Source: Balanoglossus misakiensis
Taxonomy: Eukaryota > Animalia > Hemichordata
DNA length: 64,000 nt
NCBI GenBank assembly: GCA_040954595.2
Contig: CM082595.2
Location: 2,775,943-2,839,942 of the forward strand
Direction: 5' to 3'
Shown here one piece after another: positions 51,701-64,000 of the stretch. The position numbers were made by a program, and so were the translations under genes. Below the pieces are notes generated by a model, which made no database searches, was not told where the DNA came from, and worked only from the letters and a program-made list of their open reading frames with translations. Position 1 is the stretch's first letter, and every line of letters starts with the position of its first letter.

Positions 51701-54700
51701 TTATCAACTACACTTCCTTGCTCTGTATGTCAGAATTTGACTTTTAACTGTCCAGTCGCTTGACTTCCAAAATATTTCAATCATAATGATTACCATGTTG
51801 CTATACTGATATTTCAGCATTGATATAAAAACTATAAGAAACCTACCAAGAATTTCTGTGGAAAAAAGTCATTTCAGTTTATATACTGTACATTTCCCTT
51901 GAAGCAGCCATTTTCTCTCTGTACGGTATTGAACTATAGGACTTACATTCCTTTAGCTAATAGCAATTTGTCACAAAGGGTTGATTCTCAATTTCTCCAG
52001 AAGGCACTCAGGAGAAACATCCTTGACGTCTAAGCCGTTTGAGATAAATTTATGATGTCTTTGACTCCCCTTGACAGTATGTGAAATCCTATCACCAGGC
52101 ATGAGTGGAAAATTGAGTCTAAAATCCTTGTAAAACACCCTAAAAGGCACGTTGACATAACTGCATCCAACTCTAATCCCTTGTCAAAGATGAAATTTAG
52201 CTTGTGAGTTTTAATGAGTCCTCTATAAATGCAGAGTCTAATCCATTGATCCTGCAAGGTCCCACTTGTCTGCGGAAGAACCTGAGAACAAGTTTAGATG
52301 TTCCTTTCCACAGTATCCTCTCTCTGAGCTCATCTTTCATCAATAAAGTTTCTGATTTCTAAACTCGGAGCACCTTAAGTGTGCGGGAGAAACTTTCAAG
52401 TCTTCCATAAGGATCTTGGCTCTGTGGACTGAACCACACTGTAAACAGCTCAGCATGAAGTTGTGAAGTTTCTTGGTATTTCAGCCGCAAAAATTTAAAA
52501 TAAACCCAGCCTGAGCCCTTTTAAAGATGATAAATATTTTGTTCTTGTTGTGTAAGCCTTACAGTTATGTGGATATCAATGTTGTTAAATTGGAATATTG
52601 TTTTGATTGCTCTACTCTTATGTAGGCGTCAGACATGGACTCATGGCTATGTTCTGTTCCCCTTTACCCAGTTTGTCATCATTTATTTGAAAATTTTGTA
52701 TTTGAGAAATATTTTACGATGATGACATGTGGGCAATCAAACATTAATTACTTTGAAGAGCTCTTGATTAAATTAAAAGGCAGTGAACCGACTGGAAATC
52801 AGTTAAACAAACCACAGAAAACAAACTGCAGAAAAATTATGCATTCATGATATCTGAATATTGTGAATGTTTATTTAGGTGTGTAAGGGAGTGTTAAGTT
52901 TCTTGAAAGTGATGCGTCTTCTTAATTGTTGACAGTAATTCCTCTTTTTCAACTGAATTGCCCTTATTTCTATAAATAAGACCCACTATACCTTTTAAAA
53001 CAACCGAACTGGACCAATTTGTGGTGGCAAAAATGTGAAAGTCTTTCATTCTAATAGCAGCTCACAGGTGTTTTGTCTGAAGTTCGTTTTATGTAAGCGC
53101 TTGAAGCTATTGCAGTCCCCTGGGCGTTTTTACCCTTCCAGCAAATGTACCAAGCTTTATTTTGAATGCATGGAGCTGAATTCCTGTAAAGGAGGTGAAA
53201 TGAGTTGGCTGTGGAAAATTGTTCCCCTCAATTGGGTTTACTGTGTTGAATGTGGGCGTTTATAAAACAGTCTTTGCACGTTGCCTTTACCGCCACTGAC
53301 CCATGGGTAATCTGCAGACATTTGCTAATGAACACACTGCATGGGAGGACTGGTACATGTCCACCCATTGAACCATTTGACAAGTCACTCTCACCCCCTC
53401 TTGTACCCCTGGCTCTCAAATCTTTGGTCTAAAATGTTCTTGCAATGTGTTGGAAGATATGATTGGATCTCGTAGTGGATCTAAACTCTTATGCAGAGAA
53501 CTGCACCAATCACAGACAATCATGCAAGTCTGCTGGCAGATCACCCCTCTTTCCAGTACGTGGCTTGCGAGATTAGAAGTGATAGTTTACAGCTATCCTT
53601 GTACCAGGAGTGCACCTGTCTGCAAACTGATTTTAACCAATAGCGAGCAACTTTCCAATTAATACTGCTGCGTGGTCTCTTTGTAACAGCCATCTACAGT
53701 GGACCACAGAAATATCAGCTACCGTGATCTAGCTGACAAAGCTGATTTCAGCGACTCAGGTGTGACTGTACCAACACCATAAACTGTTGATGAGTGAAGT
53801 GTAAATAGAAAGTGGTTTGACAAAGACACCAGTTAGTTCGCAAATAACAAAACTCCAAAGGGATAAAATGAAAAAAATCAGGTATCAATGAAATCAGCAA
53901 ACATGATACATAATAGTGTTTACTCTAGGACCAAAATATCGCCAACAATGAGAGTGACCGGTCTATTTTCGCGATCGCCACCATTCATATTTTAATCAGC
54001 TCCCTCTGTGAAAACAGCCTATGGCCAGTAGAACCATTTACAATGAATGTAGACTAGATTTTCGTGAGGAATTATCATCCAAAATACGAGAATTTGATTG
54101 GAAAACATAAATACTAAAGTTGCGACTGGTTTGAGTATGTTACAGCCTTCAAGAAGTGTCACCATAAGCTAAAATCTCCACCACTGGTAGTTCGAACCCT
54201 CAGGGTCATATTTTAGGAATTTAAGTAACCTTTAAATTTGCGTTGATTTGGGAATGTTGTCCAGAAAATAGGACATTCTTGTGTACTTTGCCTGTGATTG
54301 GTCAATTCTGTTGCACTTTTCTCGGTTCATCCAATCACTTCATCCAATCTCTCCAATGAACGACTCAGTTGTTTCCAAAAAATTTGGCAACGTACGTATA
54401 CCAGAATAAGCAGATATAGACAGTGTGGATGTTGAAAATAAAATTCTTGAAACTTCTTCAGAAAAATTACATGCAGATGTCTGATCAAGTCAGAATGGAA
54501 CTTGAGAGACGACATATTAAGGGTGTGTGTCCACAATCAGTTTCTCAGGTGAGAGTGTGTGAAACGTGATACCACACAAATGCAGTCGTGAGGAGATTGA
54601 CCGGAAATTGTCTAATAACTTCTACTACTACACAGGGAGACAATCGCTCAAACTGCACTCATAGCTTCTCAATTATAGGATTACTGATCCAAAGCTACTA

Positions 54701-55037
54701 AAGTCCACATGTACAGCTGAAGACAGCCCCCTTAAAAGCTTCAAAAGCTTAAACTGTAGTGTAATATTTTTGTGAAGTTTTCAGGGCAGAAACAAACAAT
54801 GCTAAATTGGTCCAGTCATCTTGTACTGGGTATACAGTTTAAATTGATTCTCTAATTCCCTATTTCATGGATGAAATTTATTTAATATTAAAGTAAAAGC
54901 TAAAGTCATTTTCCTGTGTGTAAAGTTATTTTACTCTTTCCTATCAGCTGAGGGATTGTTTAATCTTATCACAAAGTTCCACTACTTCCAAATTAATACT
55001 TGTTGCCTGAAGGATGTCTATGGAAATCTTTTCTGAG

Positions 55038-55105
55038 TTCAGTTGTGGAAAGTGTGTCCTGAAGGTCATGTTTGATTTCAGTTGTGGAAAGTGTGTCCGG
55101 AAGGT
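55038..55105. repeat. Short tandem duplication, 39-bp period
   Basis: TTCAGTTGTGGAAAGTGTGTCC(T/G)GAAGGT at 55038 and 55077. Confidence 0.85.
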
Positions 55106-58100
55106 TTCCTGGATGGTATGATGGCTTGAATAGGAATTTGACAGTATGGTTTCTTGATTGACAATAGCAGGAAGCTTTCCCCCTGTGCGGAAAAGTCTAA
55201 TAGTGCTTATAGGATGGTAATAGTGGTCGATCAGACTGCCTTGAGTGGATGCTGGGTAAATAGCCAGACATTTCCAACAAAGTGCCCTTTGTCTGCAGGA
55301 AATTGCGGCGAGCCCAAATGAGTGTGTGTATTTGCAGATTTGGGCATTTATGGAGAGAAACAAAAAAAAGCGCAGTCGGCAAAATAAGACCGACGAAAGA
55401 ATCAACTCAGAAGATTTTAGTGGAAAGAACTGGGTTACAGTACATGGGACTGTGTTGATTGATACTGCAGGCTGTTTGACCCTTGCCCTGAACAAGGGCA
55501 CGGTGTGTTAAGATTTTATGGAAAAAGCTGCCTCTCCCGCTGGTGCAGGGCTTGGAATCATTGAGATGTTTAAAATATAGTTACCACTTTGGGGTTACAT
55601 GTGTGAGGTGGGAGAAAGTTGAAAGGCTAACAAACATTTGGAAACTGGTGGACGTATTTCCTTTGGTGAGATCTGCTCTCAAGGATTATGTGAGGTGAAG
55701 GAGAAGAGGTCCTTCCCACAATGCTTTGCTGATGCAGGTTAATTGAGATCCTGGATCAGACTTCTCTGCAGATTAAGCCATTAACAGAAAGTCAATGGAC
55801 AGATGACAAAGTTGCTACTGGTCAGCATTTTGATTAAAAAAACACTGTTATAGCGTATGGCCTAGGAAAACTTTGGCTGAAAATGAAACACACCCCAAAT
55901 TCTAAAATGTATGCTGAAGTTCCTTTATAGATCGACAAGGGACATGTTTCTGTGTACAGAAAAGTGTACTTGGCCCTCTACAAGTGTTTTGTGGATTTTC
56001 CCCCACAATATCTATTTGTATCAAGTTCAGTAGAGCAAATATCCTGCCATGGTCAGTGAGTGTGGACATGTATTGTGCAAGCAGCAAGAGAGATGGATGA
56101 ACGCCACTGGTATTTCTACGCATGACTTGGTCCAGCTTTTGTGAATGTCAACTGAAATAATCAGGTCAAGTTCGATGGTGAAAGGAGGTTACTGTTTGAA
56201 CCAATCCTTTTTGAAATTGTCAATTGATTTCACCCCATTGTTTGTTATGGGATTGGTGGACCAACTATATAGTGTGGGGGAGAGGAGGGGGTGAATTGGG
56301 CAAAGATGAGGATCTGCTTGTAAGTTGGAGATAGACATCAGCTGTATGGCCTGACATTGTTTGCTGATGGATTTGCCTGCTGATGGATTTGCAACCACCC
56401 GTTTCAGATTACAAGTGATAACTGGTCCGTTTCACCAAAATTCAGCAGCAAGGATTATGAACAAGATCAATTATGGACCATAGCGTTGGATGATGGATTC
56501 ATTTTTTCTGCCCGTCCACCCAGACATCCATCAATCTATTCACCCACCAAAAGTTCACCTTATACCTCTGTGCGTTTATCCGGCCAACCAGACGATCGAA
56601 CGGCCAAAAATGTCGCCGGCGACTCTCCGACAAGGCAACCCAGTCACATTTATCATTCACATCTTGACATCTAAACTCCATTACAAGAGTCACACTGAAA
56701 AGACTGAATCATTTCATTTCTGTTGTTGCGCTTATCTTGATCTCTAGTCTGAATGGCCAAAAAAAGCCTTTTTTGATAAATTGCGAGATAAGTAAACAAT
56801 AGTAAGCAGATAGGAATGACCACTTAGCGGTGTAATGAGGTTTCTGTCGATTCAGAAACCTGTGTAAAAATATTTATTAGTATTCTTCAGTTAAGCACTG
56901 GTCTGTTTGACAAAGTGTAGAAAGAAAGCAATCAGCCACTTTTGGGATCGGGATATGGTCTGTCATTTTGTCCCCTTTTCTCCTTGCCTAATGTACATGA
57001 GCCAGTTGGGGACATTTACCTGGAGAAATTACCCGTTAATTAGTGGTTGCCGTGGTGACAAATTACAGGGAATGGGCCTGTGCTTGAAAGGGACACTATT
57101 GGGACATCAGCAGGGGTCAGTCTGGTGGCAGAGATCAAGCAAAGAGGAGTGGGGCCAGAGTGAGGACATCGGTCATTAGTGGTGACATTTCATAGCGAGA
57201 AGCAAAGGACTGTAAAACTGTGCGTTCCCCAAAGACTCTAGGATCCAAACATAGAGGATGATAAAGTCCCCGACCGACCTAGCTCGCCTGCTCCAAGCAA
57301 TGTCACACGAATTTATTGACTCTGTTTTGACTAACAACGTACTCCACACGGATGCACGCAACCCTAATCAACGCCAAAATAACTTTCACAAAATTTATGG
57401 TATGTCGTGTACTGCACGTCACTCCTCTCCCGTTAATTTGCCTGATTTGCCGGTATATTTGACATTTATACAACCATCGGAAAACGCCGATCTGGGACAG
57501 CTTCACTTTAAGAGTAAAGAAGGTCAGGACTTTCGCTGCGATAATACCCCCACTTCAAAAAAGCTACAAATCTACGATAATTGTCTTGGCCAGTTATCGT
57601 AAAGCGCAAATCTGCGAGTACCAGGGTACGGAAAACTTTGGAATGGAATTTTAAAAACCTCTTTAAAAACACTCTGCAATAATGCTTCTGAGAGATGATT
57701 TTTCCAGAGAAATCTGCTTTTCCCTGAGTGTGTCATTAGACATCTGAAAACTGAGGGTAGATTTCGTTTATTTTTCAAGCAATTACACAAGAAGTTGCTG
57801 TGTTTATACACTTAATTTATGTCTCATGGGCAAATCCTGCCCTGATATGTGGGGTCAGCCAAACTTGTATGCTGTAATCAGTTGCTATGATCACACTTCA
57901 CTGGGAAAGGTCACCAATGTTTGACTGACTTTTACCATATTGTAAAAAAAAGTAAAAATAACATGACACGGAATATGATTTTGTCTTCATTGCATGAACC
58001 ATAGACCCAGGGTCTATGTATGAACCGAGCTCTGTAATGTAAATCAAGAAGTCTCGATCCCTTCCCACCCCATTCTAAAATACAAAAGGCAGCTCTCATG

Positions 58101-60110
58101 TGATATACCAGCTACCAATTTTGTTCACCTGGGCAGTAGACTCTTTCCCTTGAACAACAGGCTCTAAGGACACTGTTACCATAGCAGCTGCATCAACATT
58201 GATGGCCAATAGGAAAAGCGTTGCCATGGGAATTAGCTGCATAAGGCTTCATATATGGCCAATAGGAATACTACTGAAGGCAAACATATATGGCCAATAG
58301 ACAGCAGTGGCTGGCTCAAAATCAAGCACGGAATCAATGGAAAGATGGAAAAAATGGCTGTGTTTTATCAAGAAATGGAATGATCCCAGTGGGATATGCA
58401 GTTTGGAGTCTGGACTTTCTAACAGATATGTTGGAATTGTTCTCTACCACTGCATTCTGATTGGCCGAGCCAGATCACCAGAGTTAACATACGAGACGGT
58501 GTCAGTAACATGAAATCCATGCAGATCAACAAACATTGATCGGGACAGACTTTGCGAACATGTACAGTGTCTGGCCTTATATGGCTTCAGTTGTAGAAAA
58601 CTCATGAACAATCACCTTATATTAATGGGTTGAGACTTGATCAGTTCACCCCTATGTCCCATGAAATGGCCTACTTATACTATGAGAAACATACAAGAAT
58701 ATTCCATTTCCCAGGAATTTGAGGGGTGGATGGGTGAGCAAAGGAAACTGTCGAATGAGTCTTCATGATTTATGTCCATGGTGGAACTGTTTCCGTTCTT
58801 TTTTCTTTCGTGAGAAAAAAAGTTAAAAAAGCTGTAGTCTATGCATTTACTGTTCATTCTTTAATTTGGTTAGGCTGCAAGAGGAAAGAGCATGTTATTA
58901 CTTCTACAGGATATCCTTTTTTCTGCCATCGTATACCATCATAAACTTTCAAAACCTCAATTTATATCGAACAGGAAAACACAACAGATCTTTCAAATCT
59001 AACAACAAACTCCTGTGATTTACTCCCAGCGATAAAAACATACTGGCCACCTGGTAAGGTTTTTAACCCGTTTTGGCACTTCAATCCTCAAATTTACAAC
59101 GTAATTATGTTTTCTTGAGGTGAGTGTATTGTTAGGGGATTCTGTAAAGCCAAGCAGAAGTGGTCGGTAACTTTACAGTACACCATAAATTATCACACTC
59201 TTCAAGTGTCTGTTTCAATTACTGGTTGCTAATCTGGTTTTGGGGTTCACTTTCATGCCTTCAAGGGATTGTGGGTGGCCAAACAGATAACTACTGTGCT
59301 TAATGGCTGACGTCCGTAAGGTCATGGACAAGGTCACACTGGCTTGTGCGCCACAAGAAAGGGACAGGAATCGGGCCAGTTGTTTTATGGGTGTCGTTTG
59401 GTAGGATTGTGTCTTGGCCATTCAGGCAGAGGTCCAACAAATTGTGCCACATGTGTGTTTTTTATTTCCACACACCTGTCAAATACTTTTGTGGTAGTGT
59501 CATAAAAAGGGACTTCAATCAGGTTTTTTGTGTCCGCTTGGCAGAAAGGAATAAAAACCCTAAAAACACCTTATATGAATTAGCTGCCGCCATAATATAA
59601 CAGTTGCTGAAAGTTTGATTCTTAAGAGATTTTGTATTTAGTGACAATTCCAGTCATTATGAGACCTTTACCCAATCAAAGGCATTAAGACTTGAATTAG
59701 GGCATGCTATCCACATTTGACATCCAACAAGATACCTGATTGGCTTTCAATAGACACCCAATATATGTTGACAAGAGCCATAGCCAATCAAAACATGTTC
59801 TGAAACGTTGAAGAGGCCAATGTTCAAAAGTCACCAATCAATGATTTATAACTCTGGCAAACACTTGATAAGCTTATAGGATTAGTGTAGGATTAGAGTA
59901 ATTGATCCATTTGGGATTAACACTGGATTACCACTCAAACCAGATGTTTATGAGCTCCAGCCAATAGCTGTCAATTGATAGCCTGTATTCGTGCATGTGT
60001 GGTCATCATTCAAATTATTGAAATGAGACTTCATGTGTTATATTCATGTTTTAGCAGAAAGTCAAAGCCTAATACATTAATTTTATTAATATTAGGACAA
60101 TCAAATAGTG

Positions 60111-60294
60111 TACAGTAAAACTGGACGCCAACCGGACTGAATAAATTGTTTGGTTTGCAGAGGTGTCTGGTTAGTAGAGGTTCTAACTTCTTTTAATGTG
60201 TGATTAAGTTTCTATACGAAAGGCACTGAAAATGTGTTCAGTATAGACAGGTTTCCAGATCAGACAGGGTTCGGTTTACACAGGTTTCTCTGTA
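60111..60294. mobile_element. Degenerate Tc1/mariner (pogo/Tigger-like) MITE
   Basis: TA-CAGTAAAAC ... GTTTCTCTG-TA ends with repeated internal GGTTT..ACAGG-like motifs; TIRs are decayed. Confidence 0.5.
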
Positions 60295-63200
60295 TTTGGT
60301 CTTTGGCTTAAAATGGAGGCTACGCGATACGGGATTTCATCTGGTCAACCACACAAGGACCAAAATGTATCTCTCTGTACAGAGTTGAGGTCGTAATTAA
60401 GCCGTTTCTCTAATAATTTCTTATCGCGGTCTGTCAACTGCCTACACCGCAAGCTCTTCACGCCAATATGTGATATTGTAATCTCTAGGGATATATTTTG
60501 ACTGTAGTATTTATTTTGTTTTGCTGTCAATTGGGGTAAATCCCATTTGAAAGATAACTATTGTGTAATATTTAGATAACACATGTACCTAATACCTATA
60601 CTAGCCTAGAGAAGCCAAATTTAAGTTTCTATTTTGGTATGTCCAAACAATGAGGTTGTGTTTGTCAAGGGAGGTTACGAATGTAAAAGGTGATGTTTGC
60701 ACCGAGGTTTCAGGAAAATGTCTTGTTTGAGTCCACTTTCGTGATAACAGTGTAAATGGTTCCCACACAACTTTTTCCCTCAAAAACTGGCGTTTAGACT
60801 TAAATGAGAAGAATATCTTTGTGATCCTCGGAATTTGCTGCTTGTCGTTTTTCTGATTCTGAAACTCTTTTGTGATAAATTGTCTTTAATCTGTAACTGA
60901 TTGTGGTCTTCAGTCTTCCCTCAAATACTTGAACTTTGACCGTTCTTTGGTTTTTGAGTATCAAGTGAATACATTTGCAGAAAGTAGTATTTAATGTGTT
61001 TGCACAAATCCTAGTGCAAAGACTCAGAATTTCGTGTAATGGAATAATGACTGAATTTCACCAGTCCATAAAAAAGTTCTGCTCACGAAACTCTGTACCT
61101 TTGCTACAATCAGAGGAGAAATATTTTTCTCTCTCGTGCCTTAATTTAAAGTTTCCTCTAATGTCCTACAAGATACAATTACTTGTTTACTTGTACTTCT
61201 AGCACGTAAAATAATTTTCTTATGCCCTGTTCTATGTTAGCAGGAATCATGCCGTAAGCAAAGTCTGAGTTTTCTAAATTAATCCCAGAGTATCATAACA
61301 CGTTCGACATGGTCCCCCTGGTATCTGTGCATGCTCTGTGTCAATTTAGTTCATCCGTGTAATTGTCCATGATTTCATCCAGGGGCAGTTTCCCAAGGAA
61401 TATCAATGCCGATGCTTGGAAACAAGGACAAGAATTATAGCGTGTGGAAAACTAGCCTTGATGGTGGATAATGGAAAGAACATGGATCTTGATTATAATA
61501 GATTCGGGATACAGACATGGACACACACACACTATCAGGTCATTAGGTTTGTTGGTGTGGCTTTTATGCAAAGAATTCACATTCTTGACTTTTGGGCAGA
61601 TTTTGTTAGTTTGTCGGAAGATAAAAAAGGGGAGAAAACAGAGAAAGCTTGCTAATATGAGACGTCTGCAGAAAACAAACACTGCAAGCATGGATGACCG
61701 CTTTCGCCACCCTGACCATGTGGTGACAACAGTGACCAGTCTCTAACCATGGGGTGACCGCAATAGCCAATTGCCCGTTACTGAAGATAAACTAGACAAA
61801 GACATGTCTTCTTGTATTACCAGGGTATCTTTCATCCCACAAACATTTGCTCTACGGTTGAGTGATTGATAGTCACTGTCATATTTCTTGCATTTCATAA
61901 ACTGCAGCAGCTGTGTCCAAAACAGTGATCATTGTATCATACAGATTCTTCAAAAGATTTCCAAGGCTTTGAGATTGCTCATGTCTCTGCTATGAAGATC
62001 ATGCAGGCAACACAGAAACTGAACATCTACTTTGTGTGTGTTAGTTCAGTCATTTATCACCTGGTAGAAACACCAATGCATGGAAATGAAACTTCAGTGT
62101 TGTTGGATTGGCTGTTTGGAAAGAGCAACTTTTGTACCACCAATCAGAGAAGTTTCTGCTTTCTTCTACCAGATGTAATCTGAGCTATGAGTATGAAAGA
62201 GTGTGACGAGTAAAAGTACGAACTGCCTCTGGCTGCAAAGACTAATGTATAGTTATTACGTACATGTATATGAGCCCAAAGCAAGAATGGACAACTTTGG
62301 CCAACAGGAGAGGAGATGCCTTGATTGAGCGAACAGAGTCGCTGGAAAACTTCACCCAACAGAAGTGGTTAATCTCAGACAAGTGTACGCCACAGATTGA
62401 TGGCTGTTTCCAGGGCAAATGTTTTATCTCACAGTTTGACAGTTTGATCTCATCTGGTTTTGAGTTCTGTAGATTCGCCTTTGGTCAAAGCTACCGCTTG
62501 AAAGTGGCCAAAAAGTGCCCATCAATTACTGATTCCAGATCAGAGAGTTATATTTTATGATTGACCTGCGGACATGATGTTCTCGTTTTCAGGGATGCGA
62601 ATGTAGGTCGCCTGGAAACCATTAGAGACAACTCCAATCTTATTAAAACTAAACTTTTTTGTCTTTTTCATCATAAAATCACAATTTACCAGGATATTGA
62701 CATACTGCAAGTAGAATGATCATCTAAAATTATCATTGAAAAGTATGAAAAAAATAATGATGATATTTCTCTAACATACACAACCAAAGTCAGAAGATAA
62801 CAAAATCTAGCGGAATTATTCATTTGAGGGCAGAATTTGGTCGAGTTTTGATGCAGGATTTGAGGTATACTGCATTGTTACAAGAATAGGTGCTATGGTT
62901 GTTCACAAACGGAATATGTTCGGGGCCAAACTGGTGTCGCCACGTTATCACAGTTTCCGTGGCAACACGACTATCAGGCAGTTCCCTTCACACGGGCGGT
63001 CCATCCCAGTCCTGCCAGAAAGATTACACTAGGTGCAATTCGAATGCAATTACCGGGGAATTTGTGGTGGGAATTAGCCATAAAACCCGGGCACTGCTGT
63101 TGATCTAGGAATGGGAGACTGATAGACAAACAGAGACTTGGAAGATGTGGGACAGTTTCATTGCACTTGTGATGTGGTTATCAGAACTCCGATAGGAACC

Positions 63201-64000
63201 CTCGTCTGCCAAACAAATAACGCAAATCTCCCCTGCTGATAAAAAGACATAAAATAATCATTGGGTATAATGGTTGGGAACGGTATTGGGAAGTGGTATC
63301 TTATCGGTTCTCATTTATTTGGTGTGAGTATTGGATGCGTTTTGAAGTAGACAGTGTTGGTTGTGTTGCGTTATTAAGCACCTGGGTTGTGATTGCCCTT
63401 TGGTACAGTGACATAGTCAAGTTTGGAAGTCTGTCACGGCATGTATTAGCAATGTCAGAGTTTAACCCATTCCGATGTAGTCAGAACTTGAGAATTGAGA
63501 ATTTTTCCAGTGCCTGATTCTGGTGTCCAATTGAAAATGTCAAAATATTGGGATGCTGTCTCTCTATGAGAATTTTGGCTTTGTTGGGTGATAGCGTCCA
63601 TCTGGTTGCAGCTGTCAAATTCTTGACGATTTCTTTTTTGCATCAGCCCTATGTCTATATAGGCCTATTCCGGAATAAAATGTGTGGTGGAGAATATACT
63701 GCAGAGTTTTATGGAAAAGCAACATGGAAGTTTGTCACAATGAAGTTTTGTGCATAAGGCCAATATCATTATAACTCACGTTGACTCTATCGCATTCCAA
63801 GCGTAGAAAACAAAAACAACTATCTTGACTGAGCACTTAAAAACCAATTAATAGCAAGGAAAATAATTCACGAATGTTGTTGACAGATGTCAGCCATTTC
63901 TTTACTTTCCAAATGATGTGTTTTGCTAATTTGGAACAGATTCACCCGATAACTACCACAATTACTTTGGTTAAGATAAACTAATGACTTAAGTTGACAT

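Larger units (their letters stand above)
47983..64000 (+). other. MEGF6-like intron 4 (>16 kb, continues beyond window)
   Basis: The expected next exon (calcium-binding EGF, D-V/I-D/N-E-C...NGGC) was not found by eye before the window end. Confidence 0.7.

Noticed and set aside
54120-54210. GTTCGAACCC B-box-like motif suggesting a tRNA or SINE
   Set aside because: No cloverleaf or properly spaced A-box could be formed.
54944-55501. Longest ORF in the window (185 aa, minus strand)
   Set aside because: It has a GTG start and no recognisable motif, and contains a local 39-bp duplication; it is consistent with a chance ORF.
25799-64000. Intronic miRNA analogous to human MIR551A in MEGF6
   Set aside because: No full match to any conserved mature miRNA I could recall; only partial hits (for example a let-7-like 12-mer at about 28158) without a hairpin. 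An Rfam/miRBase scan would be needed to exclude novel ones.

Overview
This is eukaryotic (animal) genomic DNA, not prokaryotic. There are no operons or long ORFs, and almost all six-frame ORFs are noise. The style (mosaic CpG depletion, many small MITEs, long introns) suggests an invertebrate deuterostome such as a hemichordate or echinoderm; this is an inference. (1) The first four coding exons of a MEGF6-like gene lie on the + strand (24533-24642, 25010-25150, 25689-25798, 47878-47982). They encode a signal peptide, an EMI domain and the first EGF repeat, with a 22-kb intron 3 and an intron 4 that appears to run past the window end. (2) A 13-kb, highly homogeneous 87-bp tandem satellite (5974-19049) has a 2193/2367-bp higher-order repeat and a Helitron/Helentron-like hairpin at its left edge. 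(3) A CpG-rich promoter and probable non-coding first exon of a minus-strand gene lie at about 1951-2230. (4) A possible spliced non-coding transcript lies at about 20.9-21.8 kb. (5) There are MITEs of piggyBac-, Tc1/mariner-, PIF/Harbinger- and hAT-like types, plus microsatellites. I found no rRNA, tRNA, CRISPR array or transposase gene. The hairpin-anchored satellite is the best candidate for something undescribed.
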